From Iphione sp. A-MEVVRFRX5 (taxonomy: Eukaryota), in NCBI GenBank assembly GCA_976226885.1, contig OZ320315.1, positions 20,026,001 to 20,090,000 on the forward strand: DNA of 64,000 nt, written 5' to 3'. The translations under genes were made by a program, and so were the position numbers. The notes beneath the pieces are model-generated. The model worked only from the letters and a program-made list of their open reading frames with translations, was not told the origin of the DNA and ran no database searches. Below, piece by piece: positions 57,128 through 64,000 of the stretch (position 1 is its first letter; every line of letters starts with the position of its first letter).

Positions 57128-60100
57128 TTACTTTCATTGGTCAATTGTTCCATGCTTTACACCATCTTCAAATAATGTCTTCCTAACAATGTTACTCCTA
57201 GTTTAAAAAAGTTTCACATTAATTTCACAACCTTTCCTAGTTTTTGTCTTGTATTTGATTGGGAGTTTGTTATTGAAAACCATTCAATGTGTTAGTTAAA
57301 TAGCTGATATGCACATACAATGATCTGTTGTATCAATAGGATAGACAATTATGGTTGGCCTAAAACACATTTGGCACATTTGTTATAAACCTTTCTGGGT
57401 TTTCTTATTTTCACTTTAGATTCATTACAAATGGCCAGTCTGAAGTAATCTATTAATGGATGAATGTACATTTTGAATAGGTTTATGTGTATCTCTAAGG
57501 GAAGGAAAGATCTAAGTTTGCTTAGGTTATATGTAGACCTCCACATCTTAGAAACTGTTTTGTTCTACACATGATAGTTTATCATTCAGAGTATATGCCA
57601 GTATATTGAGAGCTCTAGATAGCTTGAGGATATTGCCATTGTATGTAATAGTTGAAGCATCACAACTGTGGATTCCATTGATACAAAAACTACTTTTTTC
57701 ATTGCTAAGAGAAAGATTATTACTTTTGCACCACTCCATAATGTATTTGTACGTCAAGCATATGTCTTCTTCCAGTTTATCTATATCCTCTCCATTTGCA
57801 ACACACATTATATTGTCCACATACATTGTTACTTTTGTATGATTGAGGGAGTGAAAACATACGTCATTTATTAATAGCGAAGATCTAAGGGAACCAAAGA
57901 TGCTCCCCTGTGGATTGCCAATTGTTTCAGAAAATTTTGATGATTTCATACCATTCACATGCAAATATTGTTCTCTACCATCAAAATAACCTTTAACAAG
58001 GCCAATATATTCTTTTTAGCTCCCTCTACCTGTAATACCTTTAGGATGATAGCACAATTCAGCAAATTGAAAGCTTTAGTAAGATCAAATGCTACAACTG
58101 CTACTACTTTTCTTTGGACTATACCATCACAGATATTTAATAGAATTTCCCTTGAGGCAGATTTGGTTAAGCGTACCTTTAAAACCCATGTTGACTTGGT
58201 GACTAAAAACCTATCCTGAAAAGCTCATCATTAAGTATATCACATAAAAGTTTTCAAATAATTTTCCAGATAAGGGGAGCATACTGACTGGCCTATAGTT
58301 ACTAAGAAGCTCTTTTTTACCCTTCTTGTCAACTGGTATAATCCTAGCAGTTTTAGAACTCCTGACATATGTCCCTTTATCTATGATAGCCTTGAATAGT
58401 CTTACCATGTATGGAGCTAGTATGAGGAGACTGTCTCTAAGAGTTGAGCTCTCAAGCTCAGGTATATTACTGCATTTGTAACAGTCAATTGTAAATTGTA
58501 CTTACTGCTTTTACTGCATCTGCAATCATGATGCTTCTTATTGATATGTTGTCATTGCCATACTGGGTTCTGCAACACTGCTGCATTGCCATTTCATTTG
58601 CAATATTTTTAAGAGTATTTCTGAAAAATGAATCAGATTTTCCAGGTTGTTTTGGGGTTTTTAGTGTTATTCTTAAGTCTGTTATGAAAAATCTCTGATA
58701 AGACATCTGTAGTTCAATCTTAACAATTTTATCCAGATATTTATAAGTACATGTATTGTTGGCATCATGATCATTGTGTATATTTGCTTTTTCAAATAAA
58801 TATCTCCTATCTTTTATTAATTTGATCAATGCTTTGTCTATGTTTACCTTTCTTTTTGGCCTATTATTCTTATTGGTGAAATGTTTTGGGCAGATTTCAT
58901 CGTAGGAATAAAGAATGATATTCCCAGAGTTGATCTGATGTAGTCGGCAGTTTTTGTCCACTTTTACCTTCAACAATGCTTTTAAATATTCGATGGGGCT
59001 ATTTTGCTTTGTCTCTCATTATATATTTCTGGTCTGGAGAGTCAACAATCCTTTGACCTGTTTTATACTCAATCGACACTCCGAAGTGATCACTATACGA
59101 AGTCTCCACTACTCTAACATTATTTAGCACATAACTATTAGTGAACATTTGATCACTGATTTTTTGGCTGTTAACCATAGTGCTATGCCCAATTTGTTGT
59201 AAAAGGTTATACATATGCAACATACTGGTGGGCTTCCTTACCCGTGGATTGTCTGTGTTCCAGCCCATATTAAAGTCACCAGTTAGTAGTACAAGCCTCT
59301 TTTGGTGAGGCTGCCACCTCTTGAGAAGTTTGTAAACACTGCAAAAAATTTGGCAATAGAACCATCTGGTGGTTGATACAGTAACATAATAATCAATGGT
59401 TTCAGTTTGCTGTATGAGACCTTTACTGTAACCAGCTCAAATAAATCAGAGTTTATACAAGCATCATCAACCAATTCACATAAGCAGTTTTCTTTGACAT
59501 AGATCAATAGCCTAAGACTAGAACTTTTTTCATGGGATATCCTGTCCTGTCTTATGATAGTGTATCAATTGATGCTAATGTTTGTGTCTGGGGTTTTACT
59601 ACTGAGTCATGTTTCAGTTAAACATGTAGCAAAAGGCGATGACCAAAGGATGTCATCCTTGAAAATTTGAAACATTTTATAGATGCTACTAACATTACAC
59701 TGATATAATTATACAGTATCTCATAGTGAGTTGTCAAATTGTGGAAAGAAGAACTACAAGTGAGTTGAAGCGAAAATAATATTCGATGAGGAAATCCTTA
59801 ATTTCCTTCAACCATCGATCAGTCACGAAACCTGGAAGCTAATCATCCGAACTGATGAGCTCATATCTAAAAATAACATTAAAACCTATTACCTCATTCA
59901 CAACTGGGCATGTATCAGGTGTGCTTAATCAGTTCTGCTTGCTTATTATTTGCACCCAACTGTTGAGTTTTCCAACGCTGATATTTAGATCTCACTGATG
60001 TTTAGAGTTCATATTGTTAATTTGAAAGCCATGAACAGGTAAAAAGCCATCATTGTGGAAGTGAGGTTTGTACAGAACCCGAAAAATATCATACATTTGC

Positions 60101-61213
60101 TCACAGAGATCTACCTGTAGCAAGGTATCGGTTGGATTCTTTTTTTTTAGTCCTGTGTTTGTTAGTTCCAAAAGTGTATGGAAACCGAGATAAATCAAGG
60201 TGATGCCAGCTTCTGGAAGAGTATGATTCATGATGTGACCCCTCACATCCCTAAGCTCAGTCTCAGGGATTAAGATGTTTGTACAGATTAGATGATCCCT
60301 GAAATAGTTTTCTTCAATTTGAACCAACTTCTGAATTGTACATTACGAAATTCACAATTGGAGCCATGCTTGTTTCTAAAAGTACACAGAGTCAACAACG
60401 CAGCTCTGTTGGTCTGAGGGTTGGATGATTGATTGATTGATTGATTTATTTTTTTGTGACAGAGTGGCCCACATAATTTTGCCCTGGATATTGGCTAGTG
60501 TCAAGTAACTCTTAAAATAAATTACAGGCACTCCCATAAATACTATGGGCCAGAACTTCAACAATTTCCTTACCTCCTGTCCTAATAAGTTCTCTCCTGA
60601 AGTTTGAATATTGTGTTGCCTTTTCCTTGAAAATTTCCTGCAGCGTGCTTAGCTCAGACTAATCCCAGTCAAATGAGGTTTTCACAGTGTCTCCTACATG
60701 TCTCACTATGAAAGAGCCATCTGTTTGTTTGATATATTCAGCAGTGTCCCAGTCACCACAGACCTCTGTCTTCATTGCTTGGAGTGCATGGTCACTGGAT
60801 TTAGCTTTCTCCCCTCTTACCACTAGTGACTCCAATTGCATTGTGGAGAGTGCACTGGTGTTATCCATGTGGTAGAACCCCAAGTTGTGTGTGGTCATAC
60901 TTCACATTTCTATTGTGACAGTTAGACCCTGAATACTGGCTTTGTTTCCTATTCTTCTCGCTAAAGTTACTATCTCATGTAGATTTTGGCATACATTTTT
61001 TGTTTTTTTAAGGATGTCTAACCTCAGAAATACAAACGCATATTCATCAATATGTTTCAGCTTGAACCTGCTAGCATAGGCCCAATTCCTCACTTCCAAT
61101 TAGACAAACTCGATTTTCCCTGGCCTTTCTCTACTATTCTGATATTTGCCTAGCCTCTTGACACTCTTTATATTATTCTTTCCAATATTACTATTGATTG
61201 AAGTGACAATGTT

Positions 61214-63685
61214 TGTGATGTTTTGGTTGCTGCAGGATACCACTTCCCTTGGGATCTTCTTAGGGGAGGCCTTATGTTTAATAAAGCGAACTGCTGTTAC
61301 CAACAGACTGCCTTCAGGTCCTGTATTTCCTTCTTCTCTCTTCTTCTGCAAGTGGTAGGCTTGTGGTGGTTGAATTCTGTGTGACGCCTCTTACCAGTAC
61401 CATGGTGCTAGAGGGGAATCGCGCTTTGCATGTGGCAGTGTGAGTGGCAACAGAAATGACAAAGAAGTCAGAAACTCAAGTTTAGAACTCTTTATTCAGA
61501 GCACATTAAAGGGATGGTACCCTCCCCCTCCTGACATCTGATGGCAAAGTGGCTGGCTGGTTCGCAGGCTGCTGCAGGAGGCTGGAGGCTGGCAGGCTCT
61601 GGATGCATGCTGGTTCTGGTTTCGTCTTGTCCGGCATCCTCAGGTGGTGATCTCAGGATGTGAGATACCCAACGATTGTGGGCACGCTCACTATATTGTT
61701 AAGTTATCAACTCTAGGACACGTTTTCCCCTCAAAAATCTCCTCGTCTCCAAACTTATGTCCGAGGGCCAGACCTTTAGGGGAAGGTACCTTCGGGGGAA
61801 GGTGCCTTTGGCGGAGGGTCTACCTTTGTCAGAAGGTCCGATTGATCCACCCATCCCTCCCCGTCATACCTTTAAGGGAAGGTACCTTTGGGGGAAGGTA
61901 ACTTTGGCGAAGGGTCTACCTTTGTCGGAAGGTTCGATTGATCCATCCATCCCTCCCCGCTATACCTTTGAGGGAAGGTACCCTTGGCAGAAGGTCTGAC
62001 TAACCCACCCACCCACCCCCGTTATATAATATTAGATCATACCCTATTGCATCATACCTTTATGGGAAGGTGCCTTTGAGAGAAGGTACCCTTGGCAGAA
62101 GGTCTGACTAACCCGTCCACCCACCCCCATTATATAATATTAGATCATACCCTATTACACCATACCTTTATGGGAGGGTACCTTTGAGAAAAGGTACCCT
62201 TGGCAGAAGGTCTACCTTTGTCAGAGGGTCTGATTGACTCCACCCCCCCCCCTCATTATCATAAAGGCCAGGACCCTTTATAACCAGGGAGCTCAAGCCC
62301 CCGAGCATCCATACCTTGACTGGGAGCAGACCGCTGCACATCTCCTTAGGAACAACCTTTGGCCTGGACCTAACCACCACTCTGGACTTATACACTGGAC
62401 TGAACAGGTTTACCTTCAAGGGATAACCAACACAGTCTTTTCCAGTCCTCCTGCAGGAATAGGCTATTTGGGAACTCTAGTTCTCAATATAAGCAGTGAA
62501 CCTCCCAGCCCACTAGGACTTGTTGCCACAGAGATACTGCCAGGTCGAGGACTCATGCCCCACATGCATAGTTCTCAATAAAAAGGTGGAAGCCTAAAAA
62601 CTTGCGTGACTCCTTTCTTTGGCTGATCCCGCATAAAGTCACTTACAAAAATATAACAACTGAAAGTAGGTGAACTTAAAAATATTCTAACCAGTCTCAT
62701 GATGCTGTCTCCTCATTGGCTGAGGGAGGAGTCCATTTGATTGGCCAGCCGAGAAAAGGTCCGGATCTCATTGATCGACATAATTGATGACCCCATGATG
62801 GCGGCAGGAGATCAAAGGAAGTGTCAGGTTCAGACAACCTGAGGTGGACCTTTGAAGTGAACCGGGGCTTTGAAGTGCACCACATGACCCTGAATCTGGC
62901 CAGGGGGCATGTCCTAACAAAACATCAGTACCATCTTCCTCATCCGGGGGCAAGGGCCACCTAGAACTATGTCTTTGAAGCGATCCATTAGGCAGGGCTT
63001 TGAAGTAGGCCACATGGTCCAAAGTTCAGCCAGGGGACACGTCCTGACAAAACACTGGCCCCAGTCACATCACCAGGGGACAAGGGCCATCTGGAAATCT
63101 GTTCTTGAAGGGATCCATCAGGCAGGGCTTTGAAGTGGACCACTTGGCCCAAAGTTCAGCTAGGGGACATGTCCTGACAAAATACTTATGGCAGCCCTGC
63201 CCCCACGAGGTGAGGGCCATCTGGAGTCTTATCTTTGAAGCGGACAGTCCCATTGGGGCCATGGTCATCTGGGGACCTCGGCCACCTGGTCTCAGTTCTC
63301 CCCGGAGTCAGGAGGAGTCCTCCAGTTGGGGGCAATCTGGTTTCTTCTTGGAGTCAGGGGAGTGTTCCAAATGGGCCATCTGGTTTACCCCTGGTGTCAG
63401 GGGAGTTCTCCAGATAGGGGCCATCTGGCCCGCTTTCGTTTGAAGTTCTCCATGGTCAAGGTCTTTTAGTCCCTTTGAAGTGTGTGGATCCAATGTCAAG
63501 GTCAAGCAATCCCCCGAAGTGGTGGCTGTTTGGTATCATCCCTCTTGGGTGTGCCCCAATATCAAGGTCCTTCCCCGAGGATGTAAGGCATTAAGGTTAA
63601 GGCCGTCACCCTGACCTTCAGGGAGTCCAGACCCTCCCCTCAGTGGTCCAGAGAGGAGGGTTATCATGCCGTCGTCCCAATGCCA
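61214..63685 (-). repeat. Solo LTR-X-family copy carrying an ~1 kb internal insertion (~61650-62690)
   Basis: 61214-61650 matches 27571-28170 and 62690-63685 matches 28215-29074; same TGGCA and CATCACA termini. No TSD recognised. Confidence 0.75.
61772..62250. repeat. Minisatellite built from 16-bp palindromic subunits ACCTT-N6-AAGGT in ~95-120 bp higher-order units
   Basis: ACCTTTAGGGGAAGGT, ACCTTCGGGGGAAGGT, ACCTTTGTCAGAAGGT and variants. Confidence 0.85.
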
Positions 63686-64000
63686 GATTTTGCGTTGTCG
63701 GCTTCTAGCTTGAATATATCCTGATTGTTTGCTTTTTCATCAGCAAAGTCTTAGATTTTTTTCATTAAACATACTGCGTATTGTTCTTTTTCAAGTATTG
63801 TAGACACAATTTGAGTGTTTAAAGTATGGCTGTCATTACATGCTGTTCTGCTGGGGTCTGTGTGGTCCTGTTGGTGAGTTGGACTAGACTCGCCCTGCTC
63901 CATGTCAGTATGATTGGGCAAAGATTGAGGATTCTGCTCGGTCTCTTCTCTCTAGTACATGTCATGTCCTTTGTGGAGGCTAGATTGTTCTTGATACTTG

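Larger units (their letters stand above)
57128..64000 (-). mobile_element. Decayed CR1/L2-like LINE (ORF1 63686-64000 and 60902-61213; EN ~59000-59700; RT 57349-58408), interrupted by LTR-X and cut at its 3' end by G4
   Basis: VKRLGKY..RP.KI.F (ORF1); LLYQPPDGS and SYSDHFG (EN); IIPVDKKG..NYRPVSML, PQGSIFG, MYVDN (RT). Confidence 0.8.

Noticed and set aside
61209-63690. Target-site duplication for the solo LTR-X
   Set aside because: Flanks ATGTT and GATTT do not match and LINE ORF1 appears to be missing residues across the site, so a clean insertion is not claimed.

Overview
Eukaryotic (probably invertebrate; inference) window made almost entirely of transposons, with no intact host gene seen. 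In order: (1) 1-1140, a Polinton/Maverick-like fragment with an adenain-type cysteine protease and a palindrome-rich end. (2) 1141-3855, the 3' half of an env-bearing Ty3/Gypsy element (G1: env C-terminal half plus LTR). (3) 3211-28389, a complex rearrangement A-u-B-inv(A)-B that duplicates a dead env-bearing Gypsy (G2) as an ~8.95 kb inverted repeat plus a 3.6 kb direct repeat. (4) 29-34 kb, AT-rich DNA with a spliced THAP pseudogene and an LTR fragment. (5) 34.3-42.3 kb, three decayed CR1/L2-like LINEs. (6) 42.8-45.3 kb, a Gypsy integrase+env fragment (G3). (7) 46065-57127, a full-length, apparently intact Gypsy element (G4) with 714-bp LTRs, TTAC TSD, tRNA-Leu PBS and a GGGAAAC -1 frameshift site. 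(8) 57.1-64 kb, a decayed LINE interrupted by an LTR. The best candidate for an undescribed system is G4. Where env would sit it carries a head-to-head two-gene cassette: a 538-aa double C2H2 zinc-finger ORF (sense) and a predicted spliced antisense 212-aa ORF with its own TATA, Inr and polyA signal. Between them lies an array of 12 copies of a 16-bp palindrome, TTTG[GC]G-N4-C[GC]CAAA, which also recurs 5 times in each LTR. This suggests a self-regulating 'complex' retrotransposon analogous to HTLV Tax/HBZ or foamy virus Tas (inference). All calls come from reading the sequence by eye; no database searches were run.
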